64,000 bases of DNA from Meyerozyma guilliermondii (GCA_051546255.1 CP128817.1:1302001-1366000), one strand, 5' to 3'. Positions 42,346 through 53,350 are shown, counted from the stretch's first letter. Notes: a model not told the origin generated them from the letters alone. Translations and numbers: made by a program.

Positions 42346-44774
42346 AGGTTGATTAGGTCGTCTTCAAAATTGATCATCTGGAACCTCTTGTCGTCAAGGC
42401 TGGTTGCCAATGAATGGATTTGGGTGTGTACATCACGGCATAAAGCTTCCAATCTCGATATGTGATCAACATTGGCATCACCGACACAACTCTGAACTAG
42501 ATAGTCATTTACTTTCCAAGCTAATTGACGCAAATTTTCCGTGTAATTTCCAATCATATCTCTATAGTCATCGTTGGCTTCGTAAGGTTTGTGGATTTCC
42601 AACAATAGAAGGTTTGACGCTTTCATGACTTGTTGTCTTTGTTTAAAATCAGATGTGGTGAGATCTGTGAGCAATGATTGTCCAAACTTTAGGACGTTCT
42701 CCCATCCTTGCTTAAGGGCAACCAGAGAATGGTTCTGGAACGAGAACTCGTCAGCACCATATTCCAATTTCTTATTGAGGACCGACTTTATGTGATGCTT
42801 GTACTTCGTGAATCTGATTTCAAAGAAAAGGGCTGACGATGCAAATTTGCTTTCTCTGAAGATCTCGAGAAGCAGAGAAATTACCTCTAGTGCTTCATCA
42901 AATCGGGATTCCAATAAAAGGTTTCTGATAATCTTACGAGCCTGCGCTTTTGATTTTTCGATGAATTCCTTCTCATTGTCAGTTATCCAAGGAGCCAAAT
43001 TTGATTTTTTATCATCTGAACCACGAATATCGTTTTCGAATGCTGCTAATGTATCCAAGTAGGCACCTTGAGCCAAATATGATTTTATGATAGTGTTGAG
43101 CGATTTGTCATCATAAGGTTCCAGATACAAATATCCTGATGATAATTTATCCTGCCCGTTCAGCCTTAACTCTTGAGATAGACGATCCAAAACTTGTTCG
43201 TTTTGCTGCTTGAGATGCAGACTATAATTGTTTATATCAAACTTGAAAGGTGCCAGCCCAAAGTTTGTTGTAATTGAAACAGATGTAGGAGCCCCCTCTG
43301 GCTGGGTTTCTTTTAGGTTAGCTACCGAAAACCCAAAAATAGGGTACAAGTCAACCTTTTCCACCTGTTTGAGTGGATTGTATGTGGATAATTGGCTTTC
43401 CTCAAAATCTTTCACTCGAATGCCGTTAAAAGTGATGAAAACGGTCTTGGTGATAAAATTGACACCACATCCGATTGTATCAGTCTTGTAGACTTTAGAT
43501 GACTTTCCATCCTCGATTGTGAAACCACTCGATATCATTTCCAAATGCGTCCTTCCTCCATCGCTCTCCTCGGCAAGCTGGCGATGCAACGGCGAGAGTC
43601 TGCGATTCATAGCAAGAACAGACGACCGAGGGTTCTGAGGGTTACTGCTTGAATCGTGGAAACTTCTGTCTTCAAAGTTAATTGCAAATGTTCCTTGAGT
43701 AACTCCTGGTCTCATGGAAGACATCCAATTAAGGCCACTTAAAAGAGAGTTTTGTTTCAGGGGACTGAAGACCCGAAGTTTCTGAAGCACTTCGGATATA
43801 TCAATTCTCTCTCCTTCAAACCCGTTTGAATTACGAGTGGTTTTATCAGACTCCAAAATGGGAGCCTCACATGTGTACCCCATGGAAAATGACATGGTGG
43901 GTGAAGAGGCCGAATCTATTATTGGAATAATAGGTTTGAAGTTGGACGAGCTATTGCATTCTTGCGTCACCTGAACTTCGTAATAGAAGAGACCGAGTCT
44001 GGAGTCTATTAAACGATTTCCAATAAAGTTGAAATACAGGTTCGTCGAGTCCAGTGCGGCTAGTGCGGTAGGAACATAGTTCTTGGTAGTAAGGTTAATG
44101 ACATTGGAAGCGGGACCAGACACCAGCAATCCAAACGATTCGGATAACTTGGCTATATCTTGTGATGAGCAGAGTGGAATCCAGCGACTAGGAATCAATT
44201 CATCGACTTCAGATTGAGCAGGGAAAAATCGTCTAAATTTTTCAAGTCTTGCAGCTAAAAGCAAGGATTTTAATGAAAGTTTCCCCAAATCCACTTCATC
44301 ATCGTGACTCACATGGAATGCACTCTGGCTCATGTAGATTTCTCCAATTCTATCAGAACTGAACAGGGGTCTTTTTGGTGCCGCATCCGACGACCCATCG
44401 CCATTATTGTCATTTTTAGTTTCTTCATTATCTTCTTCAGCCAACTGGTCCTTGACCACACTGTATAATTCAACCAACCGCTGCTTGTCAATCTGATATT
44501 CTTGGTGTGCTAACTCCGGAGAAATTTCATGGCGATACGAGTCCATTTCCAGTTTAAAAGGCGTGTCTCCAAGAAGATCAAACGCCGCAAGCTTGTACTT
44601 GAGTTTCTTTTCAATCATCTTATCCAAAGCTTCATTTTCACTGAATACATGTTGAGGATTTTCATTAGTTATGCTCAAATTAATTGTATTAGCCGATGGT
44701 GATGTTTTCGAGTTTCTGTGGTTAGCCACATACTCAGATCCTAGCGTGGTGTTCAAAAGGTACTGAGGAACCAT
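42342..44774 (-). CDS. VID30: GID/CTLH complex SPRY-LisH-CTLH subunit Vid30/Gid1
   Basis: PQYLL start, FYYEVQV and DTIGCGVNF SPRY motifs, NFG..PFKFDI, and LisH-like IIKSYLAQGAYLDT. Confidence 0.8.
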   Translation of the reverse strand: MVPQYLLNTTLGSEYVANHRNSKTSPSANTINLSITNENPQHVFSENEALDKMIEKKLKYKLAAFDLLGDTPFKLEMDSYRHEISPELAHQEYQIDKQRLVELYSVVKDQLAEEDNEETKNDNNGDGSSDAAPKRPLFSSDRIGEIYMSQSAFHVSHDDEVDLGKLSLKSLLLAARLEKFRRFFPAQSEVDELIPSRWIPLCSSQDIAKLSESFGLLVSGPASNVINLTTKNYVPTALAALDSTNLYFNFIGNRLIDSRLGLFYYEVQVTQECNSSSNFKPIIPIIDSASSPTMSFSMGYTCEAPILESDKTTRNSNGFEGERIDISEVLQKLRVFSPLKQNSLLSGLNWMSSMRPGVTQGTFAINFEDRSFHDSSSNPQNPRSSVLAMNRRLSPLHRQLAEESDGGRTHLEMISSGFTIEDGKSSKVYKTDTIGCGVNFITKTVFITFNGIRVKDFEESQLSTYNPLKQVEKVDLYPIFGFSVANLKETQPEGAPTSVSITTNFGLAPFKFDINNYSLHLKQQNEQVLDRLSQELRLNGQDKLSSGYLYLEPYDDKSLNTIIKSYLAQGAYLDTLAAFENDIRGSDDKKSNLAPWITDNEKEFIEKSKAQARKIIRNLLLESRFDEALEVISLLLEIFRESKFASSALFFEIRFTKYKHHIKSVLNKKLEYGADEFSFQNHSLVALKQGWENVLKFGQSLLTDLTTSDFKQRQQVMKASNLLLLEIHKPYEANDDYRDMIGNYTENLRQLAWKVNDYLVQSCVGDANVDHISRLEALCRDVHTQIHSLATSLDDKRFQMINFEDDLINL

Positions 44775-44898
44775 GTTGCACAAAGTTGCAACGGGAGAAC
44801 TACAAGCTTCCGCGGAGTATAAGCACTAGATACCCCAAACCCGCTGACATAAGCGGCATTTTTCTCATTCTACAGAGTTTGGGCAGAGCTGTGGTAAC

Positions 44899-45678
44899 AT
44901 GACCGACGCTATAGTAGCTGATGCGCAGAGGTATTTACACAATATACCGCTCGAGGTAGTATCGCAAGGTGCAGAGGCACTTGTATTTTCAACAGATGTG
45001 CATCCATACTTGTCCAAAGCGGACCAAAAATCATCCATAATCAAGTATCGGCCTCCCAAGCCTTATCGTCATCCCAAGATAGATGCTTCTCTTACACGGT
45101 CTCGTACTATTGGAGAGGCCAAGTTTATGGCGAGACTAGCCAAATTGGGTCTCAATTGCCCGGGATTGATCCTGGTGGACGTAAGTCATGGTATAATATG
45201 GATGGAGTTTATAGGCACCAAGTTGGCCAATGGCAGTATAAGCTCTCTTAAAAACTGGTTATGGATATTGGAAAAGACTGGAAACAAGGGCAAGTGTGAG
45301 TCGCTGGATGTGGAGATAATTATGAATTCCGTTGGTGAATTAATAGGACGGTTGCATTTGAACGACATGATACATGGCGATCTTACTTCGTCCAACATAA
45401 TTTTAATTGACGACCAAACCCAAGCCTCGTTAATAGACTTTGGCTTATCGTCATATTCTGGTCTTGCCGAGGATAAAGCAGTTGACTTGTACGTTTTGGA
45501 GCGGGCCATCATGAGCACTCATTCTTTATACGCTGAAAAGTACAACAAATGGCTTCTTTCTGGCTACGAAAACGCACATAAAAACGCTGGAAAGCGAGGG
45601 AGCACTAAATTGACGGAAACCATCAAAAAGCTCGAAGATGTACGTCTACGTGGTAGAAAGAGAAGCATGCTTGGTTAA
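44899..45678 (+). CDS. BUD32: KEOPS complex atypical kinase Bud32
   Basis: SQGAEA, YRHPKID, HGDLTSSN, IDFGL and RLRGRKRSMLG motifs. Confidence 0.96.
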   Translation: MTDAIVADAQRYLHNIPLEVVSQGAEALVFSTDVHPYLSKADQKSSIIKYRPPKPYRHPKIDASLTRSRTIGEAKFMARLAKLGLNCPGLILVDVSHGIIWMEFIGTKLANGSISSLKNWLWILEKTGNKGKCESLDVEIIMNSVGELIGRLHLNDMIHGDLTSSNIILIDDQTQASLIDFGLSSYSGLAEDKAVDLYVLERAIMSTHSLYAEKYNKWLLSGYENAHKNAGKRGSTKLTETIKKLEDVRLRGRKRSMLG

Positions 45679-45723
45679 GTTGTTCCTGCATACGTTCTCT
45701 ATATATCTCCATAGAATTTTTTC

Positions 45724-46242
45724 ATGTCTTTAATGCTCCTTAGTAGGTTTCGAAGCAACCTTTCAAGAGGGAGTCGGCAGTACTCGCAGTACGCTGCAAA
45801 TAACCAGATCTACATTCATGAAAACCTAGGTTCGCAACTTTTCAATGTTTCTCTTTCACCAAGCAAATCGGCTATTCCCATGGGGTACAGCAAATCAAGC
45901 ACTTTGGTAACTCCACAAGAGTTCAAGTCCAATGGAGAATTTGTCGAGTTGTTGCACAAAACCATATCAGAACAAGTATTTGACGATTTTCTGTTTATCA
46001 TGGAAGCAGGAGTCAATGCAAACTCGTTCATGCCAATTTACGATTTTAGAGAGGTTCCTCGTCATGGACGAACCCCAGAGGTAGACAGTATTTTGGGGTA
46101 TGTGCAGGTTGGTGGTGATGGGAAAATGATCAAGCCTAGTTATGAAGCCAACTCCATGTATCGTTTATGCAACGGCGCGGGCTTGTTGCGGCTCAGCGAC
46201 CATCTCTACGAAAAGGTACGCGAGGCTTGTGAACGGAAATGA
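45724..46242 (+). CDS. Conserved-type fungal protein of unknown function, probably mitochondrial
   Basis: ATG ORF of 172 aa with an Arg/Ser-rich, acid-free N-terminus and a PIYDFREVPRHGRTPEVDSILG motif. Confidence 0.75.
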   Translation: MSLMLLSRFRSNLSRGSRQYSQYAANNQIYIHENLGSQLFNVSLSPSKSAIPMGYSKSSTLVTPQEFKSNGEFVELLHKTISEQVFDDFLFIMEAGVNANSFMPIYDFREVPRHGRTPEVDSILGYVQVGGDGKMIKPSYEANSMYRLCNGAGLLRLSDHLYEKVREACERK

Positions 46243-46950
46243 GGGTGCCGCGAACGGCTGAACCTTGATAAGAAATTAACATGATTGCGAATATTTCGCA
46301 AATATTTCGTTGCAATATTTCGTCGGAATATTTCCGTGATCACGATGCGATTTTGGTTATCTGTCCACTATCGGGGTTTATCCCCTCTTCTGGGCGTGGC
46401 CGGTACGCATTTCGCTGATCACTGACAATAGTCATGCACTCCCTACGTAAATTATTATTGTAGGTGTGGCTTAAGTAGCGTAAAACCACGAGAACAAGTA
46501 AACAACGAATGCATGTGGCAATGACGAATGCTAAGAATTGACAAGTTCGTAATTCTAATATAGGTTCGCGCTGCATAATCATGCGGCTGAACACCAATGC
46601 GGGATACAATATCTCCAAGAATACATGACTTGGCGACGATTTATTTTCGCATCCGCATAAAAAGTATGACGGTCAGACAATGTAATCGAATAGTTGCGTA
46701 ATTCTGCACTGCCGACCCGTGGACCCTGCTGCAATATTGCTCCCCTCTCGTCACGATGTGCCTGGTTTGAAATCGTGCATGGTCAGTATATGCACAGCCG
46801 CACCGTGCTCTTAACCCCAATCTTAGTCACTTACTTTCCGAAAACCGGGTTTGCAAAATTATTGCATGTGGTATAAAATGGCGGCCATTCCCCACCGATA
46901 ATTTCTCAGATAAATTAATAAGGTACGTAGGCCTGAATTGGAGCAGTTGC

Positions 46951-46992
46951 AATTTGTGAGCTAATGTGAGATAATGTGAGATAATGCGAGCT
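46951..46992 (+). repeat. Four imperfect tandem 10-nt units (A/C)TAATGTGAG
   Basis: aatttgtgag-ctaatgtgag-ataatgtgag-ataatgcgag-ct. Confidence 0.85.
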
Positions 46993-47183
46993 CATCGTGA
47001 ACCACTAGACTAATTGAGCCACTGGTTTACGAAAACGGCTAGTCTGGGCCCAGTATTATTTGAGAGAACATTCGAATGTTTGGCTTTTTTTGATTACACA
47101 TCTTTGCAACGCGTGCTGCAAAACCGGGTTCCTAACCAGACCCCTGCGCAGATTTATTAACCCAGAATTCCCTTTATTCAATA

Positions 47184-47885
47184 ATGTTGAACAACTCTTT
47201 TGCCCCCAGTGGATTACTTGCACTCATAGTCAGAGGCATCCAATTGGTATTCTCCATCATCGGCCTTGGTGTATCTGCAGGTGCGGTACATCAATATGGA
47301 TCATGGGATAGAGGTAACTTTGCTGTTGCCGCGTCGGTGATCTCGTTTGTATATTTATTGGTGACGATATTTGCGTTCCAATTCATTTCACCGCTTGTTT
47401 CACTTGTGGCGGAAATCATCTTGATGATTTTCTGGTTGGCAGCATTTGCAGCCGTTGCTGATGTGTTTGGCTCCGCTTCGTGTAACTACACAGTTTACTC
47501 ATATTCTTTCCACAGCACCGGTTGCCGCTTGAGTAAGACCTTCATCGCTTTTGGTGTTCTCAACTGGGTCTTGTTCCTTATTTCTTTGGGCTTGCTCATT
47601 TGGTTTACGATCATTCCCGTTTACAAGGCTGGTGGATTCAACTTATTGAACCAAATAAAGTCCTTGAGTAGGGGAGCTTTGTTTGCTAACTTCATCCCAG
47701 CTACTGGTTCCAAAGACCTCGAAGCTGGTAACGGTGTTTCGCAGGATGTCACCAGTGGTGTGGACAGCGTGCCCGAAGACAAGACCGAGGCGGTGGACCC
47801 TGAGCCTACCGTCGAAGGCGCTGGCGAAGGCACTGTAGAGAGTCCCACAGTCCCAGCTACCCAGCCACATTCGGCTATCCACTAA
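47184..47885 (+). CDS. Four-transmembrane MARVEL-domain membrane protein
   Basis: RGIQLVFSIIGLG, EIILMIFWLAAFA, a Cys pair in loop 2, AFGVLNWVLF and an acidic tail. Confidence 0.8.
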   Translation: MLNNSFAPSGLLALIVRGIQLVFSIIGLGVSAGAVHQYGSWDRGNFAVAASVISFVYLLVTIFAFQFISPLVSLVAEIILMIFWLAAFAAVADVFGSASCNYTVYSYSFHSTGCRLSKTFIAFGVLNWVLFLISLGLLIWFTIIPVYKAGGFNLLNQIKSLSRGALFANFIPATGSKDLEAGNGVSQDVTSGVDSVPEDKTEAVDPEPTVEGAGEGTVESPTVPATQPHSAIH

Positions 47886-47990
47886 TTCTACTATTTATAG
47901 CTATTCAATGCTAAGCGAGGCAGATATACTAATACCACAATGCTAATCAGTGTCTATTTTGAAGATTTCTTTTAATGTTTATGACAATCG

Positions 47991-49196
47991 TTATGACAGA
48001 AGGGTGATGGAAAATGGATCGTCACAATTGCCATTCAAGGTGATTGGTACTTGAGCAGTGCTACCAGAGCCAGTTTGACGGTCGGTATCAAGACACCATT
48101 GGGACTTTCCACCGTAAGAAATCTTGTTATCAGAATCGACTTGGAACTGAAATTTTGAAGCTTGGTTGGATCCATTACAGTTGAAGTCTCCATTACTGTC
48201 AATACCACAGTATCCCTTAGAGGACTTGATAGTTGAACCCCCAAACTCCAGTTTAGCAATTTGGTAGGTAGCACAAGTTCCAGATGTATAGTATTTACCG
48301 TTGGAGATAAGACATCCAGGTTTATCCAGGAGCTTAATGTAGCCCTTAGAGGAGTCACCACCTCCTGGAGGGTTTGGAGGAGCGTTGGAGCCACTTTTAA
48401 GCAAAAACTTGATTCCTGAGTCTGGGCATCTGGCGCTGGAAAGGGTGTCCATTGGCTTGAAATTTTGTCCCCGAAGCGAGCCTTGAAGGTGATGGAAGTA
48501 CCATACTTCTTGAAGGGCCTGGTTATTGTCACATTTGAAGTAGACTTGTTTTCCAGAAAAGTTGTCACTTAATGCTTTCGCAATTTGGCTCTTGGTATAG
48601 GTTTTGGAGTTGCTAGGAGTAATACCAGCATCGGTCAAAAACTTGTAGGTTGGCAACTTTTCGTAGAGATCAACAGCAATGCGAAAGTAATCATAGATGT
48701 TCTCGTCTGACTTGTAGTTTGAATAACACTTTGGTCTAATTGTGTTGATACAAGTTCCGTGTTTGTTAAATTCATGTAGCCACAAAGAATCGTCATTTCC
48801 ATTGTTGCTTTTCCATGTTTTCGACATGGTGTTGTACAAGTCGGGATCATTGAACTCATTCTTGACAATATTCTCGATACTTCCTTGAATTTCGAGAGAA
48901 TTGTCACAGAATTGAGCATAAGTACCATCACAGTTATCTGGCCAAAGTCCATGCAAAGTCCATTCATCGTCGGCACCCACGGCTGGATTGTAGTCCCAGA
49001 ACTGGGTCTGCAAAAGAACACCTCCAGGAGCTTCAAAGCAACACGTGTCGGCTACCGGGGTCGAATTGGTACAAGAAAGTGGAAGATTTGAAGGACAAGA
49101 AGAACCGTCACGAGCAAAAACACCATCATCCAAGTTCAACGGTCCTATATAGAATGCTGCTGAGACCGGTAAGGTCGCCAAAAGTTTCAAAAGCAT
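47991..49196 (-). CDS. RNY1: Secreted/vacuolar RNase T2
   Basis: Signal peptide, CAS I WTLHGLWPD, CAS II WLHEFNKHGTC and a fungal C-terminal extension. ATG at 49196. Confidence 0.93.
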   Translation of the reverse strand: MLLKLLATLPVSAAFYIGPLNLDDGVFARDGSSCPSNLPLSCTNSTPVADTCCFEAPGGVLLQTQFWDYNPAVGADDEWTLHGLWPDNCDGTYAQFCDNSLEIQGSIENIVKNEFNDPDLYNTMSKTWKSNNGNDDSLWLHEFNKHGTCINTIRPKCYSNYKSDENIYDYFRIAVDLYEKLPTYKFLTDAGITPSNSKTYTKSQIAKALSDNFSGKQVYFKCDNNQALQEVWYFHHLQGSLRGQNFKPMDTLSSARCPDSGIKFLLKSGSNAPPNPPGGGDSSKGYIKLLDKPGCLISNGKYYTSGTCATYQIAKLEFGGSTIKSSKGYCGIDSNGDFNCNGSNQASKFQFQVDSDNKISYGGKSQWCLDTDRQTGSGSTAQVPITLNGNCDDPFSITLLS

Positions 49197-49613
49197 GACA
49201 AATTGCAAAGACTTGAGTGGTTTAAATGGCTGTCAATTCTGCTGTCAAAATTGAGAAACCGTTCTTATCGCGACTATTTATAGTGCGGAGTGCAGGAGCC
49301 TTCTATGCATAAGGCACCTTAATTGAAACGTGGGCAACAATACCAACGGCCAAGACGGCCCAGTGCTCGGGTCCATGCAGCGCAATTGCTGAGAAAACTC
49401 TAAATTCTACACGTTTTCCGTTGAGGAATCCTTTATTATGGAATCTACCTGTCTCTTTTAACCCACCCAAATAAAATAAAAAAAAAGAATGAACCAGTCG
49501 TAACTCGTTACCCATTAATGCAGTTGATGCATGTAAAATCAAATATACCAAAAACCCTGGTTTAAAAAAAACCAGTGCGAGGAAAAGATCTTAGGTAGAA
49601 CAAAGTACTGCAA

Positions 49614-50963
49614 TTAGTACTTGTAAATGTCAGCCTTGAATGGACCTTCCTTTGGCAAACCCAAGTACTCGGCTTGAACATCGCTCAAGACAGACAACTT
49701 GGCACCCAAGTGGTCCAAGTGGCACTTGGCAACCTGCTCATCCAAGATCTTTGGCAACAAGTGCACACCGAGGTCAAACTTGTTGATCTTGGCGAACTCG
49801 GGGAACTTGGCCTTGAATTCCTTGTCCTCGGATCTGAACAAAGCGATTTGAGCCAATACCTGGTTGGAGAAAGAACAAGACATGACGAACGAGGAGTGAC
49901 CAGTGGCACATCCCAAGTTGACCAATCTACCCTCGGCCAACAAGATAATGTGACGACCGTTCTTCATCAAGAATCTGTCGACTTGAGGCTTGATGTTGAC
50001 AACAGATTTGGCGTTAGCCTTCAACCAAGCGACGTCAATTTCGATGTCAAAGTGACCAATGTTACAAACAATGGCGTCTTCTGGCATTTGTTCAAAGTGG
50101 ACACCGGTAAGAATGTCACGACAACCAGTGGTGGTGACGAAAATTTGACCAATGGAAGCAACTTCTTCCATAGGGCAAACTTGGTAACCGGAAACAGCAG
50201 CTTGAAGAGCATTGATAGGGTCGATCTCGGTGACGATAACTCTGGCTCCCATACCTCTCAAGGCCATAGCACATCCCTTACCAACGTCACCGAAACCAGC
50301 AACAACGGCAACCTTACCGGCGATCATCACATCGGTGGCTCTCTTAATACCGTCAATCAACGACTCTCTGCATCCGTACAAGTTGTCGAACTTGGACTTG
50401 GTAACGGAATCGTTAACATTGATGGCAGGAACCTTCAACTTACCGTCTCTCAACATCTTGTACAAGTGGTGGACACCGGTGGTGGTTTCCTCAGACAAAC
50501 CGTAACAGTCATCCAACATCTCAGGGTACTTGTCGTGAACCAAAGAGGTCAAGTCTCCACCATCGTCCAAAATCAAGTTCAACTTCTTGTTGTCCTTGAA
50601 AGCGAACAATTGTTGTTCAATACACCACAAGTACTCCTCATCGGTCTCACCCTTCCATGCGAACACGGGGACACCAGCAGCAGCAATGGCAGCAGCAGCG
50701 TGGTCCTGGGTCGAGAAAATGTTACAAGAAGACCAGGTGACCTCAGCACCGAGCTCAACCAAAGTCTCAATCAAAACTGCGGTTTGAATCGTCATGTGCA
50801 AACAACCGGCGATTCTAGCACCCTTCAAAGGTTTGAGAGCACCGTAACGTTTTCTAATGTCCATCAAACCGGGCATTTCGTTCTCGGACAATTCGATATC
50901 CTTTCTGCCGAAGGCAGCCAAGGAGATATCGGCGACTTTGTAATTGTTGGCTGGAGCAGACAT
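49614..50963 (-). CDS. SAH1: S-adenosylhomocysteine hydrolase
   Basis: [36 protein letters not shown] and NLGCATGH motifs, with strong codon bias. ATG at 50963. Confidence 0.98.
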   Translation of the reverse strand: MSAPANNYKVADISLAAFGRKDIELSENEMPGLMDIRKRYGALKPLKGARIAGCLHMTIQTAVLIETLVELGAEVTWSSCNIFSTQDHAAAAIAAAGVPVFAWKGETDEEYLWCIEQQLFAFKDNKKLNLILDDGGDLTSLVHDKYPEMLDDCYGLSEETTTGVHHLYKMLRDGKLKVPAINVNDSVTKSKFDNLYGCRESLIDGIKRATDVMIAGKVAVVAGFGDVGKGCAMALRGMGARVIVTEIDPINALQAAVSGYQVCPMEEVASIGQIFVTTTGCRDILTGVHFEQMPEDAIVCNIGHFDIEIDVAWLKANAKSVVNIKPQVDRFLMKNGRHIILLAEGRLVNLGCATGHSSFVMSCSFSNQVLAQIALFRSEDKEFKAKFPEFAKINKFDLGVHLLPKILDEQVAKCHLDHLGAKLSVLSDVQAEYLGLPKEGPFKADIYKY

Positions 50964-51111
50964 TTTCGTGATGAACAACGAGAAATTTTTCGCACCTTTT
51001 TATACTACGCGTGCACCCACCACACCAGTACTGACAATTGTTCGTACCAGAAAACGTGGGTACGACGAGGAGATGGGGGGTCGTTAAATATTGTCAGTAT
51101 ATACTCGGAGA

Positions 51112-52851
51112 TTAAATTTCGAACTTGAGCCAATCGAGGTCCTTGAGTTCTTGTCCGCTTGGATCATTAGGGTGGCCATTGTTAACCCGAAGGCCGCTGG
51201 TCAATGTAGACTTTGTAGTGGGTAAATTCACCTCGTACTTGTTCCCCATACTGACCATGCTGGTATCCAAATCCAATAGTTCATCATCATGCAGTTGTAA
51301 CAGCGTAAAATTCTTAAAGTAATCTTCGGTCTGGTCGTCTGGATCCTCCATTGGTATGCTTCGGAGAGCATCCATCTCGGCGTTTCCGATATTGTCCATA
51401 TCTGAGGGAACAATGAAAGATTGACGGTGCAGATTGGTTATAGGACCACCAGCCTGTAAGCTTGAAAACGAAGAATGTGAGGTTATTGAGCCAGGTGTGT
51501 CGACTGGAGGATTCCTCAGAGCATCAAAGTAACTTCCAGTCAAGTCCTTCGCACTGCGTTGGTTCAAGAGATTGATGTTATTATAGGTGAGTGAACCACT
51601 ACCGTTGCCCATTGTACTCAAACCGATATTGGATCCCTTTCTTTGGAACGATCGAGCTTGCATCGATGAACTAATGGATGGTGTGCGCTTGACGAGATTG
51701 TTACCATATGAACCCGGTGTGGGACCTCGGCGAACAGCATCATTATATTCGAATCCTATCTCGGACTTTTTCCGCTTGAACTGCTGATTGCTATTAGGGG
51801 TATTTGGGACAGTGAATCCAGATCCTCCTATGAAGGAAGCTGGACTGGCTGCGGCCAGAGAAGTTGAATTATGTGAACTGGGGATTGGAATGGATCTTAA
51901 TGGTGTTCCGGATGGAGTCTTCAAAGACGAGGGAACTGAAGAAGGAGCAGAACCACCAGGAGGTTTGGGCAAGATCAATACGTTCTTGTACCTTGCATTT
52001 TGGCTGTTGTTGAGCGATGTAGATATTTGGTTTTTATCTTCCTCATAGGTTGGTCTAAATGATGTCTTGTCTTGAAAAGATCCGGGTCTCGAGGAATGAT
52101 TGGAAGTAGGCATTTTCAGAACGCTGGTTTTTCGTGAACTACGTTTCTTGATGACATCAGTTTTTAGGCTTAACGGACGAGTGCTGCCATGTAACTTCAA
52201 GAAGAGACCACAAGCATTACACAATGTGTTGCCATCGGGATCTTTACGCCACAAGGGGGTGTTGGAAGTATTACAGTTGAAGCATTGAACTTTGGGGCCC
52301 GAGTCTTTTGGTTTTTTGTTTTTTTCCTTGGATAACGAAGATGTGAGGTTGGATTTTGTATGCTGTGGTGGGATATAGGACTGGAATTCCTGAGTATGGT
52401 TGGATTGTATTTGAAGGGGAGTCACGGTAGTTATGGGTTCCTTCTTTATTGTAGTCATATGGTCCTTCTGGATACTTTGGTTTGGGAGACTCGTATGCCA
52501 CGAATTGTTCGTCCATCCATCACTTTTACTGGTTGCACTTGTTGGAGGAGAATCATTCACGCTTGCAGGGGTAATTTCAGTAATACCGTTGTTCTGTTGG
52601 TAGTTTTTAGGCTGTTTGGGAGCATAAGGCGGGCTACTCTTGATCTCGTCAATACTCAAAGGAGAGAGTAATTCGAGAACCCGATTGTTATTGCCATATA
52701 ATTCGGAGGACATTAAGTTTTTTTGCATTCTAGAGTTTTCCTTGCGTAGATTGCGGTTTTCTACTCGTGGTTGGAGGGCAAGGAGCTTCTTGGCGGACTG
52801 GAACAACTGAACTATTGAAGGGGCAGTTTCAAAGTCGTTTCGAGAAGTCAT
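51112..52851 (-). CDS. GLN3: GATA transcription factor Gln3
   Basis: CFNC..TPLWR..LCNACGLF..RPLSLKTDVIKKR zinc finger and a DLDWLKF C-terminus. ATG at 52851. Confidence 0.9.
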   Translation of the reverse strand: MTSRNDFETAPSIVQLFQSAKKLLALQPRVENRNLRKENSRMQKNLMSSELYGNNNRVLELLSPLSIDEIKSSPPYAPKQPKNYQQNNGITEITPASVNDSPPTSATSKSDGWTNNSWHTSLPNQSIQKDHMTTIKKEPITTVTPLQIQSNHTQEFQSYIPPQHTKSNLTSSLSKEKNKKPKDSGPKVQCFNCNTSNTPLWRKDPDGNTLCNACGLFLKLHGSTRPLSLKTDVIKKRSSRKTSVLKMPTSNHSSRPGSFQDKTSFRPTYEEDKNQISTSLNNSQNARYKNVLILPKPPGGSAPSSVPSSLKTPSGTPLRSIPIPSSHNSTSLAAASPASFIGGSGFTVPNTPNSNQQFKRKKSEIGFEYNDAVRRGPTPGSYGNNLVKRTPSISSSMQARSFQRKGSNIGLSTMGNGSGSLTYNNINLLNQRSAKDLTGSYFDALRNPPVDTPGSITSHSSFSSLQAGGPITNLHRQSFIVPSDMDNIGNAEMDALRSIPMEDPDDQTEDYFKNFTLLQLHDDELLDLDTSMVSMGNKYEVNLPTTKSTLTSGLRVNNGHPNDPSGQELKDLDWLKFEI

Positions 52852-53174
52852 CAGCAAAGAGAAAAGCACAGGCTCAACAAAGGAATGACAAGTGAACTTG
52901 GCTCTTTAAAGTTGACAAAGAAGTATCACCGGGTGGCCAAATTTTAGATATCAGAAGGGATGGTACCACAGGTGGTAATGAACACTTTCGATTGTTAGTA
53001 GCACTTGGAAGCTACAACGTTTCCACTTAGAGCGTGTTATAGCAATAGTTCACTTGGAGCACTTGGATGATGGCGAATGTGAAAAATATAAAGGTTTACT
53101 TCCAGCCAATTTATCAAGGAATTGCTGCGTTTGAGAAATTAACTTTACTGTGACGCAAAAAAATATGAAGAAAA

Positions 53175-53182
53175 GTCACGTG
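53175..53182. promoter_or_regulatory. Cbf1-type E-box GTCACGTG upstream of GLN3
   Basis: Exact GTCACGTG in intergenic DNA. Confidence 0.5.
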
Positions 53183-53350
53183 TGTATCTAGGCGGGGATC
53201 ACTACATTCGGGCTTAGGATGCAATAGAAGATTCATTCTATTGTGTCTGACGTACTGTTTATCTTTTTTTCCGACACTCCATTGACCTGCCCATAAGTCA
53301 TTTATGACCTTTTAAATTTCATATGTGATTGTATTCTATTACCTATTGTT

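Noticed and set aside
49674..51128. 484-aa ORF antisense to SAH1
   Set aside because: Expected shadow of strong codon bias in a highly expressed gene. It has no ATG start and no recognisable motifs.
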